A stretch of 64,000 bases of DNA from Auanema rhodensis (taxonomy: Eukaryota > Animalia > Nematoda): assembly GCA_964057225.1 (NCBI GenBank), contig CAXKVF010000087.1, forward strand, positions 1 to 64,000, given 5' to 3'. This document shows, in pieces, positions 39,095 through 53,245 of this stretch. The translations under genes and the position numbers were made by a program. Below the pieces are notes generated by a model. It made no database searches and was not told where the DNA came from. It saw only the letters and a program-made list of their open reading frames with translations. Position 1 is the first letter of the stretch. Each line of letters begins with the position of its first letter.

Positions 39095-42000
39095 AGATGC
39101 GGTTTTCAAAATTAGATTCCCCATGTCCATATTAGTCTAAAAACAAATTTTTATTGATATTGGTGCATGGTAACCATGACTTTGAAATTTACGTGAACTT
39201 TAATTTATGCTAATTAAATGTACACGTGATGTGCACTTGGTATGTAACTCGCTTCACGTGAAAGATAAAGAGATGCGGTTTTCAAAATTAGATTCCCCAT
39301 GTCCATATTAGTCTAAAAACAAATTGTTATTGATATTGGTTCATGGTAACCATGACTTTGAAATTTACGTGAACTTTAATTTATGCTAATTAAATGTACA
39401 CGTGATGTGCACTTGGTATGTAACTCGCTTCACGTGAAAGATAAAGAGATGCGGTTTTCAAAATTAGATTCCCCATGTCCATATTAGTCTAAAAACAAAT
39501 TTTTATTGATATTGGTGCATGGTAACCATGACTTTGAAATTTACGTGAACTTTAATTTATGCTAATTAAATGTACACGTGATGTGCACTTGGTATGTAAC
39601 TCGCTTCACGTGAAAGATAAAGAGATGCGGTTTTCAAAATTAGATTCTCCATGTCCATATTAGTTTAAAAACAAATTTTTATTGATATTGGTGCATGGTA
39701 ACCATGACTTTGAAATTTACGTGAACTTTAATTTATGCTAATTAAATGTACACGTGATGTGCACTTGGTATGTAACTCGCTTCACGTGAAAGATAAAGAG
39801 ATGCGGTTTTCAAAATTAGATTCCCCATGTCCATATTAGTCTAAAAACAAATTTTTATTGATATTGGTTCATGGTAACCATGACTTTGAAATTTACGTGA
39901 ACTTTAATTTATGCTAATTAAATGTACACGTGATGTGCACTTGGTATGTAACTCGCTTCACGTGAAAGATAAAGAGATGCGGTTTTCAAAATTAGATTCC
40001 CCATGTCCATATTAGTCTAAAAACAAATTTTTATTGATATTGGTGCATGGTAACCATGACTTTGAAATTTACGTGAACTTTAATTTATGCTAATTAAATG
40101 TACACGTGATGTGCACTTGGTATGTAACTCGCTTCACGTGAAAGATAAAGAGATGCGATTTTCAAAATTAGATTCCCCATGTCCATATTAGTTTAAAAAC
40201 AAATTTTTATTGATATTGGTGCATGGTAACCATGACTTTGAAATTTACGTGAACTTTAATTTATGCTAATTAAATGTACACGTGATGTGCACTTGGTATG
40301 TAACTCGCTTCACGTGAAAGATAAAGAGATGCGGTTTTCAAAATTAGATTCCCCATGTCCATATTAGTCTAAAAACAAATTTTTATTGATATTGGTGCAT
40401 GGTAACCATGACTTTGAAATTTACGTGAACTTTAATTTATGCTAATTAAATGTACACGTGATGTGCACTCGGTATGTAACTCGCTTCACGTGAAAAATGA
40501 AGAGATGCGGTTTTCAAAATTAGATTCCCCATGTCCATATTAGTCTAAAAACAAATTTTTATTGATATTGGTGCATGGTAACCATGACTTTGAAATTTAC
40601 GTGAACTTTAATTTATGCTAATTAAATGTACACGTGATGTGCACTTGGTATGTAACTCGCTTCACGTGAAAAATGAAGAGATGCGGTTTTCAAAATTAGA
40701 TTCCCCATGTCCATATTAGTCTAAAAACAAATTTTTATTGATATTGGTGCATGGTAACCATGACTTTGAAATTTACGTGAACTTTAATTTATGCTAATTA
40801 AATGTACACGTGATGTGCACTTGGTATGTAACTCGCTTCACGTGAAAGATAAAGAGATGCGGTTTTCAAAATTAGATTCCCCATGTCCATATTAGTCTAA
40901 AAACAAATTTTTATTGATATTGGTGCATGGTAACCATGACTTTGAAATTTACGTGAACTTTAATTTATGCTAATTAAATGTACACGTGATGTGCACTTGG
41001 TATGTAACTCGCTTCACGTGAAAGATAAAGAGATGCGGTTTTCAAAATTAGATTCCCCATGTCCATATTAGTTTAAAAACAAATTTTTATTGATATTGGT
41101 GCATGGTAACCATGACTTTGAAATTTACGTGAACTTTAATTTATGCTAATTAAATGTACACGTGATGTGCACTTGGTATGTAACTCGCTTCACGTGAAAG
41201 ATAAAGAGATGCGGTTTTCAAAATTAGATTCCCCATGTCCATTTTAGTCTAAAAACAAATTTTTATTGATATTGGTTCATGGTAACCATGACTTTGAAAT
41301 TTACGTGAACTTTAATTTATGCTAATTAAATGTACACGTGATGTGCACTTGGTATGTAACTCGCTTCACGTGAAAGATAAAGAGATGCGGTTTTCAAAAT
41401 TAGATTCCCCATGTCCATATTAGTCTAAAAACAAATTTTTATTGATATTGGTTCATGGTAACCATGACTTTGAAATTTACGTGAACTTTAATTTATGCTA
41501 ATTAAATGTACACGTGATGTGCACTTGGTATGTAACTCGCTTCACGTGAAAGTTAAAGAGATGCGGTTTTCAAAATTAGATTCCCCATGTCCATATTAGT
41601 CTAAAAACAAATTTTTATTGATATTGGTGCATGGTAACCATGACTTTGAAATTTACGTGAACTTTAATTTATGCTAATTAAATGTACACGTGATGTGCAC
41701 TTGGTATGTAACTCGCTTCACGTGAAAGATAAAGAGATGCGGTTTTCAAAATTAGATTCCCCATGTCCATATTAGTTTAAAAACAAATTTTTATTGATAT
41801 TGGTGCATGGTAACCATGACTTTGAAATTTACGTGAACTTTAATTTATGCTAATTAAATGTACACGTGATGTGCACTTGGTATGTAACTCGCTTCACGTG
41901 AAAAATGAAGAGATGCGGTTTTCAAAATTAGATTCCCCATGTCCATATTAGTCTAAAAACAAATTTTTATTGATATTGGTTCATGGTAACCATGACTTTG

Positions 42001-45000
42001 AAATTTACGTGAACTTTAATTTATGCTAATTAAATGTACACGTGATGTGCACTTGGTATGTAACTCGCTTCACGTAAAAGATAAGAAGATGCGGTTTTCA
42101 AAATTAGATTCCCCATGTCCATATTAGTCTAAAAACAAATTTTTATTGATATTGGTGCATGGTAACCATGACTTTGAAATTTACGTGAACTTTAATTTAT
42201 GCTAATTAAATGTACACGTGATGTGCACTTGGTATGTAACTCGCTTCACGTGAAAGATAAAGAGATGCGGTTTTCAAAATTAGATTCCCCATGTCCATAT
42301 TAGTCTAAAAACAAATTGTTATTGATATTGGTTCATGGTAACCATGACTTTGAAATTTACGTGAACTTTAATTTATGCTAATTAAATGTACACGTGATGT
42401 GCACTTGGTATGTAACTCGCTTCACGTGAAAGATAAAGAGATGCGGTTTTCAAAATTAGATTCCCCATGTCCATATTAGTCTAAAAACAAATTTTTATTG
42501 ATATTGGTGCATGGTAACCATGACTTTGAAATTTACGTGAACTTTAATTTATGCTAATTAAATGTACACGTGATGTGCACTTGGTATGTAACTCGCTTCA
42601 CGTGAAAGATAAAGAGATGCGGTTCTCAAAATTAGATTCCCCATGTCCATATTAGTTTAAAAACAAATTTTTATTGATATTGGTGCATGGTAACCATGAC
42701 TTTGAAATTTACGTGAACTTTAATTTATGCTAATTAAATGTACACGTGATGTGCACTTGGTATGTAACTCGCTTCACGTGAAAGATAAAGAGATGCGGAT
42801 TTCAAAATTAGATTCCCCATGTCCATATTAGTCTAAAAACAAATTTTTATTGATATTGGTTCATGGTAACCATGACTTTGAAATTTACGTGAACTTTAAT
42901 TTATGCTAATTAAATGTACACGTGATGTGCACTTGGTATGTAACTCGCTTCACGTGAAAGATAAAGAGATGCGGTTTTCAAAATTAGATTCCCCATGTCC
43001 ATATTAGTCTAAAAACAAATTTTTATTGATATTGGTGCATGGTAACCATGACTTTGAAATTTACGTGAACTTTAATTTATGCTAATTAAATGTACACGTG
43101 ATGTGCACTTGGTATGTAACTCGCTTCACGTGAAAGATAAAGAGATGCGGTTTTCAAAATTAGATTCCCCATGTCCATATTAGTTTAAAAACAAATTTTT
43201 ATTGATATTGGTGCATGGTAACCATGACTTTGAAATTTACGTGAACTTTAATTTATGCTAATTAAATGTACACGTGATGTGCACTTGGTATGTAACTCGC
43301 TTCACGTGAAAGATAAAGAGATGCGGATTTCAAAATTAGATTCCCCATGTCCATATTAGTCTAAAAACAAATTTTTATTGATATTGGTTCATGGTAACCA
43401 TGACTTTGAAATTTACGTGAACTTTAATTTATGCTAATTAAATGTACACGTGATGTGCACTTGGTATGTAACTCGCTTCACGTGAAAGATAAAGAGATGC
43501 GGTTTTCAAAATTAGATTCCCCATGTCCATATTAGTCTACAAACAAATTTTTATTGATATTGGTGCATGGTAACCATGACTTTGAAATTTACGTGAACTT
43601 TAATTTATGCTAATTAAATGTACACGTGATGTGCACTTGGTATGTAACTCGCTTCACGTGAAAGATAAAGAGATGCGGTTTTCAAAATTAGATTCCCCAT
43701 GTCCATATTAGTTTAAAAACAAATTTTTATTGATATTGGTGCATGGTAACCATGACTTTGAAATTTACGTGAACTTTAATTTATGCTAATTAAATGTACA
43801 CGTGATGTGCACTTGGTATGTAACTCGCTTCACGTGAAAGATAAAGAGATGCGGTTTTCAAAATTAGATTCCCCATGTCCATATTAGTCTAAAAACAAAT
43901 TTTTATTGATATTGGTGCATGGTAACCATGACTTTGAAATTTACGTGAACTTTAATTTATGCTAATTAAATGTACACGTGATGTGCACTTGGTATGTAAC
44001 TCGCTTCACGTGAAAGATAAAGAGATGCGGTTTTCAAAATTAGATTCCCCATGTCCATATTAGTCTAAAAACAAATTGTTATTGATATTGGTTCATGGTA
44101 ACCATGACTTTGAAATTTACGTGAACTTTAATTTATGCTAATTAAATGTACACGTGATGTGCACTTGGTATGTAACTCGCTTCACGTGAAAGATAAAGAG
44201 ATGCGGTTTTCAAAATTAGATTCCCCATGTCCATATTAGTCTAAAAACAAATTTTTATTGATATTGGTGCATGGTAACCATGACTTTGAAATTTACGTGA
44301 ACTTTAATTTATGCTAATTAAATGTACACGTGATGTGCACTTGGTATGTAACTCGCTTCACGTGAAAGATAAAGAGATGCGGTTTTCAAAATTAGATTCT
44401 CCATGTCCATATTAGTTTAAAAACAAATTTTTATTGATATTGGTGCATGGTAACCATGACTTTGAAATTTACGTGAACTTTAATTTATGCTAATTAAATG
44501 TACACGTGATGTGCACTTGGTATGTAACTCGCTTCACGTGAAAGATAAAGAGATGCGGTTTTCAAAATTAGATTCCCCATGTCCATATTAGTCTAAAAAC
44601 AAATTTTTATTGATATTGGTTCATGGTAACCATGACTTTGAAATTTACGTGAACTTTAATTTATGCTAATTAAATGTACACGTGATGTGCACTTGGTATG
44701 TAACTCGCTTCACGTGAAAGATAAAGAGATGCGGTTTTCAAAATTAGATTCCCCATGTCCATATTAGTCTAAAAACAAATTTTTATTGATATTGGTGCAT
44801 GGTAACCATGACTTTGAAATTTACGTGAACTTTAATTTATGCTAATTAAATGTACACGTGATGTGCACTTGGTATGTAACTCGCTTCACGTGAAAGATAA
44901 AGAGATGCGATTTTCAAAATTAGATTCCCCATGTCCATATTAGTTTAAAAACAAATTTTTATTGATATTGGTGCATGGTAACCATGACTTTGAAATTTAC

Positions 45001-48000
45001 GTGAACTTTAATTTATGCTAATTAAATGTACACGTGATGTGCACTTGGTATGTAACTCGCTTCACGTGAAAGATAAAGAGATGCGGTTTTCAAAATTAGA
45101 TTCCCCATGTCCATATTAGTCTAAAAACAAATTTTTATTAATATTGGTGCATGGTAACCATGACTTTGAAATTTACGTGAACTTTAATTTATGCTAATTA
45201 AATGTACACGTGATGTGCACTCGGTATGTAACTCGCTTCACGTGAAAAATGAAGAGATGCGGTTTTCAAAATTAGATTCCCCATGTCCATATTAGTCTAA
45301 AAACAAATTTTTATTGATATTGGTGCATGGTAACCATGACTTTGAAATTTACGTGAACTTTAATTTATGCTAATTAAATGTACACGTGATGTGCACTTGG
45401 TATGTAACTCGCTTCACGTGAAAAATGAAGAGATGCGGTTTTCAAAATTAGATTCCCCATGTCCATATTAGTCTAAAAACAAATTTTTATTGATATTGGT
45501 GCATGGTAACCATGACTTTGAAATTTACGTGAACTTTAATTTATGCTAATTAAATGTACACGTGATGTGCACTTGGTATGTAACTCGCTTCACGTGAAAG
45601 ATAAAGAGATGCGGTTTTCAAAATTAGATTCCCCATGTCCATATTAGTCTAAAAACAAATTTTTATTGATATTGGTGCATGGTAACCATGACTTTGAAAT
45701 TTACGTGAACTTTAATTTATGCTAATTAAATGTACACGTGATGTGCACTTGGTATGTAACTCGCTTCACGTGAAAGATAAAGAGATGCGGTTTTCAAAAT
45801 TAGATTCCCCATGTCCATATTAGTTTAAAAACAAATTTTTATTGATATTGGTGCATGGTAACCATGACTTTGAAATTTACGTGAACTTTAATTTATGCTA
45901 ATTAAATGTACACGTGATGTGCACTTGGTATGTAACTCGCTTCACGTGAAAGATAAAGAGATGCGGTTTTCAAAATTAGATTCCCCATGTCCATTTTAGT
46001 CTAAAAACAAATTTTTATTGATATTGGTTCATGGTAACCATGACTTTGAAATTTACGTGAACTTTAATTTATGCTAATTAAATGTACACGTGATGTGCAC
46101 TTGGTATGTAACTCGCTTCACGTGAAAGATAAAGAGATGCGGTTTTCAAAATTAGATTCCCCATGTCCATATTAGTCTAAAAACAAATTTTTATTGATAT
46201 TGGTTCATGGTAACCATGACTTTGAAATTTACGTGAACTTTAATTTATGCTAATTAAATGTACACGTGATGTGCACTTGGTATGTAACTCGCTTCACGTG
46301 AAAGTTAAAGAGATGCGGTTTTCAAAATTAGATTCCCCATGTCCATATTAGTCTAAAAACAAATTTTTATTGATATTGGTGCATGGTAACCATGACTTTG
46401 AAATTTACGTGAACTTTAATTTATGCTAATTAAATGTACACGTGATGTGCACTTGGTATGTAACTCGCTTCACGTGAAAGATAAAGAGATGCGGTTTTCA
46501 AAATTAGATTCCCCATGTCCATATTAGTTTAAAAACAAATTTTTATTGATATTGGTGCATGGTAACCATGACTTTGAAATTTACGTGAACTTTAATTTAT
46601 GCTAATTAAATGTACACGTGATGTGCACTTGGTATGTAACTCGCTTCACGTGAAAAATGAAGAGATGCGGTTTTCAAAATTAGATTCCCCATGTCCATAT
46701 TAGTCTAAAAACAAATTTTTATTGATATTGGTTCATGGTAACCATGACTTTGAAATTTACGTGAACTTTAATTTATGCTAATTAAATGTACACGTGATGT
46801 GCACTTGGTATGTAACTCGCTTCACGTAAAAGATAAGAAGATGCGGTTTTCAAAATTAGATTCCCCATGTCCATATTAGTCTAAAAACAAATTTTTATTG
46901 ATATTGGTGCATGGTAACCATGACTTTGAAATTTACGTGAACTTTAATTTATGCTAATTAAATGTACACGTGATGTGCACTTGGTATGTAACTCGCTTCA
47001 CGTGAAAGATAAAGAGATGCGGTTTTCAAAATTAGATTCCCCATGTCCATATTAGTCTAAAAACAAATTGTTATTGATATTGGTTCATGGTAACCATGAC
47101 TTTGAAATTTACGTGAACTTTAATTTATGCTAATTAAATGTACACGTGATGTGCACTTGGTATGTAACTCGCTTCACGTGAAAGATAAAGAGATGCGGTT
47201 TTCAAAATTAGATTCCCCATGTCCATATTAGTCTAAAAACAAATTTTTATTGATATTGGTGCATGGTAACCATGACTTTGAAATTTACGTGAACTTTAAT
47301 TTATGCTAATTAAATGTACACGTGATGTGCACTTGGTATGTAACTCGCTTCACGTGAAAGATAAAGAGATGCGGTTCTCAAAATTAGATTCCCCATGTCC
47401 ATATTAGTTTAAAAACAAATTTTTATTGATATTGGTGCATGGTAACCATGACTTTGAAATTTACGTGAACTTTAATTTATGCTAATTAAATGTACACGTG
47501 ATGTGCACTTGGTATGTAACTCGCTTCACGTGAAAGATAAAGAGATGCGGATTTCAAAATTAGATTCCCCATGTCCATATTAGTCTAAAAACAAATTTTT
47601 ATTGATATTGGTTCATGGTAACCATGACTTTGAAATTTACGTGAACTTTAATTTATGCTAATTAAATGTACACGTGATGTGCACTTGGTATGTAACTCGC
47701 TTCACGTGAAAGATAAAGAGATGCGGTTTTCAAAATTAGATTCCCCATGTCCATATTAGTCTAAAAACAAATTTTTATTGATATTGGTGCATGGTAACCA
47801 TGACTTTGAAATTTACGTGAACTTTAATTTATGCTAATTAAATGTACACGTGATGTGCACTTGGTATGTAACTCGCTTCACGTGAAAGATAAAGAGATGC
47901 GGTTTTCAAAATTAGATTCCCCATGTCCATATTAGTTTAAAAACAAATTTTTATTGATATTGGTGCATGGTAACCATGACTTTGAAATTTACGTGAACTT

Positions 48001-48767
48001 TAATTTATGCTAATTAAATGTACACGTGATGTGCACTTGGTATGTAACTCGCTTCACGTGAAAGATAAAGAGATGCGGATTTCAAAATTAGATTCCCCAT
48101 GTCCATATTAGTCTAAAAACAAATTTTTATTGATATTGGTTCATGGTAACCATGACTTTGAAATTTACGTGAACTTTAATTTATGCTAATTAAATGTACA
48201 CGTGATGTGCACTTGGTATGTAACTCGCTTCACGTGAAAGATAAAGAGATGCGGTTTTCAAAATTAGATTCCCCATGTCCATATTAGTCTACAAACAAAT
48301 TTTTATTGATATTGGTGCATGGTAACCATGACTTTGAAATTTACGTGAACTTTAATTTATGCTAATTAAATGTACACGTGATGTGCACTTGGTATGTAAC
48401 TCGCTTCACGTGAAAGATAAAGAGATGCGGTTTTCAAAATTAGATTCCCCATGTCCATATTAGTTTAAAAACAAATTTTTATTGATATTGGTGCATGGTA
48501 ACCATGACTTTGAAATTTACGTGAACTTTAATTTATGCTAATTAAATGTACACGTGATGTGCACTTGGTATGTAACTCGCTTCACGTGAAAGATAAAGAG
48601 ATGCGGTTTTCAAAATTAGATTCCCCATGTCCATATTAGTCTAAAAACAAATTTTTATTGATATTGGTGCATGGTAACCATGACTTTGAAATTTACGTGA
48701 ACTTTAATTTATGCTAATTAAATGTACACGTGATGTGCACTTGGTATGTAACTCGCTTCACGTGAAA
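39095..48767 (+). repeat. Two tandem copies of a 27-monomer unit (4752 bp)
   Basis: Shared variants at 39648/44400, 40158/44910, 40470/45222, 41243/45995, 42076/46828, 42625/47377, 43540/48292. Private difference at 45140. Confidence 0.92.
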
Positions 48768-51700
48768 AATGAAGAGATGCGGTTTTCAAAATTAGATTCC
48801 CCATGTCCATATTAGTCTAAAAACAAATTTTTATTGATATTGGTGCATGGTAACCATGACTTTGAAATTTACGTGAACTTTAATTTATGCTAATTAAATG
48901 TACACGTGATGTGCACTTGGTATGTAACTCGCTTCACGTGAAAAATGAAGAGATGCGGTTTTCAAAATTAGATTCCCCATGTCCATATTAGTCTAAAAAC
49001 AAATTTTTATTGATATTGGTGCATGGTAACCATGACTTTGAAATTTACGTGAACTTTAATTTATGCTAATTAAATGTACACGTGATGTGCACTTGGTATG
49101 TAACTCGCTTCACGTGAAAGATAAAGAGATGCGGTTTTCAAAATTAGATTCCCCATGTCCATATTAGTCTAAAAACAAATTTTTATTGATATTGGTGCAT
49201 GGTAACCATGACTTTGAAATTTACGTGAACTTTAATTTATGCTAATTAAATGTACACGTGATGTGCACTTGGTATGTAACTCGCTTCACGTGAAAGATAA
49301 AGAGATGCGGTTTTCAAAATTAGATTCCCCATGTCCATATTAGTTTAAAAACAAATTTTTATTGATATTGGTGCATGGTAACCATGACTTTGAAATTTAC
49401 GTGAACTTTAATTTATGCTAATTAAATGTACACGTGATGTGCACTTGGTATGTAACTCGCTTCACTTGAAAGATAAAGAGATGCGGTTTTCAAAATTAGA
49501 TTCCCCATGTCCATTTTAGTCTAAAAACAAATTTTTATTGATATTGGTTCATGGTAACCATGACTTTGAAATTTACGTGAACTTTAATTTATGCTAATTA
49601 AATGTACACGTGATGTGCACTTGGTATGTAACTCGCTTCACGTGAAAGATAAAGAGATGCGGTTTTCAAAATTAGATTCCCCATGTCCATATTAGTCTAA
49701 AAACAAATTTTTATTGATATTGGTGCATGGTAACCATGACTTTGAAATTTACGTGAACTTTAATTTATGCTAATTAAATGTACACGTGATGTGCACTTGG
49801 TATGTAACTCGCTTCACGTGAAAGATAAGGAGATGCGGTTTTCATAATTAGATTCCCCATGTCCATATTAGTCTAAAAACAAATTTTTATTGATATTGGT
49901 GCATGGTAACCATGACTTTGAAATTTACGTGAACTTTAATTTATGCTAATTAAATGTACACGTGATGTGCACTTGGTATGTAACTCGCTTCACGTGAAAG
50001 ATAAAGAGATGCGGTTTTCAAAATTAGATTCCCCATGTCCATATTAGTCTAAAAACAAATTTTTATTGATATTGGTGCATGGTAACCATGACTTTGAAAT
50101 TTACGTGAACTTTAATTTATGCTAATTAAATGTACACGTGATGTGCACTTGGTATGTAACTCGCTTCACGTGAAAGATAAGGAGATGCGGTTTTCAAAAT
50201 TAGATTCCCCATGTCCATATTAGTCTAAAAACAAATTTTTATTGATATTGGTGCATGGTAACCATGACTTTGAAATTTACGTGAACTTTAATTTATGCTA
50301 ATTAAATGTACACGTGATGTGCACTTGGTATGTAACTCGCTTCACGTGAAAGATAAAGAGATGCGGTTTTCAAAATTAGATTCCCCATGTCCATATTAGT
50401 CTAAAAACAAATTTTTATTGATATTGGTGCATGGTAACCATGACTTTGAAATTTACGTGAACTTTAATTTATGCTAATTAAATGTACACGTGATGTGCAC
50501 TTGGTATGTAACTCGCTTCACGTGAAAAATGAAGAGATGCGGTTTTCAAAATTAGATTCCCCATGTCCATATTAGTCTAAAAACAAATTTTTATTGATAT
50601 TGGTGCATGGTAACCATGACTTTGAAATTTACGTGAACTTTAATTTATGCTAATTAAATGTACACGTGATGTGCACTTGGTATGTAACTCGCTTCACGTG
50701 AAAGATAAGGAGATGCGGTTTTCAAAATTAGATTCCCCATGTCCATATTAGTCTAAAAACAAATTTTTATTGATATTGGTGCATGGTAACCATGACTTTG
50801 AAATTTACGTGAACTTTAATTTATGCTAATTAAATGTACACGTGATGTGCACTTGGTATGTAACTCGCTTCACGTGAAAGATAAAGAGATGCGGTTTTCA
50901 AAATTAGATTCCCCATGTCCATATTAGTCTAAAAACAAATTTTTATTGATATTGGTGCATGGTAACCATGACTTTGAAATTTACGTGAACTTTAATTTAT
51001 GCTAATTAAATGTACACGTGATGTGCACTTGGTATGTAACTCGCTTCACGTGAAAGATAAAGAGATGCGGTTTTCAAAATTAGATTCCCCATGTCCATAT
51101 TAGTTTAAAAACAAATTTTTATTGATATTGGTGCATGGTAACCATGACTTTGAAATTTACGTGAACTTTAATTTATGCTAATTAAATGTACACGTGATGT
51201 GCACTTGGTATGTAACTCGCTTCACGTGAAAGATAAAGAGATGCGGTTTTCAAAATTAGATTCCCCATGTCCATTTTAGTCTAAAAACAAATTTTTATTG
51301 ATATTGGTTCATGGTAACCATGACTTTGAAATTTACGTGAACTTTAATTTATGCTAATTAAATGTACACGTGATGTGCACTTGTTATGTAACTCGCTTCA
51401 CGTGAAAGATAAAGAGATGCGGTTTTCAAAATTAGATTCCCCATGTCCATATTAGTCTAAAAACAAATTTTTATTGATATTGGTGCATGGTAACCATGAC
51501 TTTGAAATTTACGTGAACTTTAATTTATGCTAATTAAATGTACACGTGATGTGCACTTGGTATGTAACTCGCTTCACGTGAAAAATGAAGAGATGCGGTT
51601 TTCAAAATTAGATTCCCCATGTCCATATTAGTCTAAAAACAAATTTTTATTGATATTGGTTCATGGTAACCATGACTTTGAAATTTACGTGAACTTTAAT

Positions 51701-53245
51701 TTATGCTAATTAAATGTTCACGTGATGTGCACTTGGTATGTAACTCGCTTCACGTGAAAGATAAGGAGATGCGGTTTTCAAAATTAGATTCCCCATGTCC
51801 ATATTAGTCTAAAAACAAATTTTTATTGATATTGGTGCATGGTAACCATGACTTTGAAATTTACGTGAACTTTAATTTATGCTAATTAAATGTACACGTG
51901 ATGTGCACTTGGTATGTAACTCGCTTCACGTGAAAGATAAAGAGATGCGGTTTTCAAAATTAGATTCCCCATGTCCATATTAGTCTAAAAACAAATTGTT
52001 ATTGATATTGGTTCATGGTAACCATGACTTTGAAATTTACGTGAACTTTAATTTATGCTAATTAAATGTACACGTGATGTGCACTTGGTATGTAACTCGC
52101 TTCACGTGAAAGATAAAGAGATGCGGTTTTCAAAATTAGATTCCCCATGTCCATATTAGTCTAAAAACAAATTTTTATTGATATTGGTGCATGGTAACCA
52201 TGACTTTGAAATTTACGTGAACTTTAATTTATGCTAATTAAATGTACACGTGATGTGCACTTGGTATGTAACTCGCTTCACGTGAAAGATAAAGAGATGC
52301 GGTTTTCAAAATTAGATTCCCCATGTCCATATTAGTTTAAAAACAAATTTTTATTGATATTGGTGCATGGTAACCATGACTTTGAAATTTACGTGAACTT
52401 TAATTTATGCTAATTAAATGTACACGTGATGTGCACTTGGTATGTAACTCGCTTCACGTGAAAGATAAAGAGATGCGGTTTTCAAAATTAGATTCCCCAT
52501 GTCCATATTAGTCTAAAAACAAATTTTTATTGATATTGGTTCATGGTAACCATGACTTTGAAATTTACGTGAACTTTAATTTATGCTAATTAAATGTACA
52601 CGTGATGTGCACTTGGTATGTAACTCGCTTCACGTGAAAGATAAAGAGATGCGGTTTTCAAAATTAGATTCCCCATGTCCATATTAGTCTAAAAACAAAT
52701 TTTTATTGATATTGGTGCATGGTAACCATGACTTTGAAATTTACGTGAACTTTAATTTATGCTAATTAAATGTACACGTGATGTGCACTTGGTATGTAAC
52801 TCGCTTCACGTGAAAAATGAAGAGATGCGGTTTTCAAAATTAGATTCCCCATGTCCATATTAGTCTAAAAACAAATTTTTATTGATATTGGTGCATGGTA
52901 ACCATGACTTTGAAATTTACGTGAACTTTAATTTATGCTAATTAAATGTACACGTGATGTGCACTTGGTATGTAACTCGCTTCACGTGAAAGATAAGGAG
53001 ATGCGGTTTTCAAAATTAGATTCCCCATGTCCATATTAGTCTAAAAACAATTTTTTATTGATATTGGTGCATGGTAACCATGACTTTGAAATTTACGTGA
53101 ACTTTAATTTATGCTAATTAAATGTACACGTGATGTGCACTTGGTATGTAACTCGCTTCACGTGAAAGATAAAGAGATGCGGTTTTCAAAATTAGATTCC
53201 CCATGTCCATATTAGTCTAAAAACAAATTTTTATTGATATTGGTT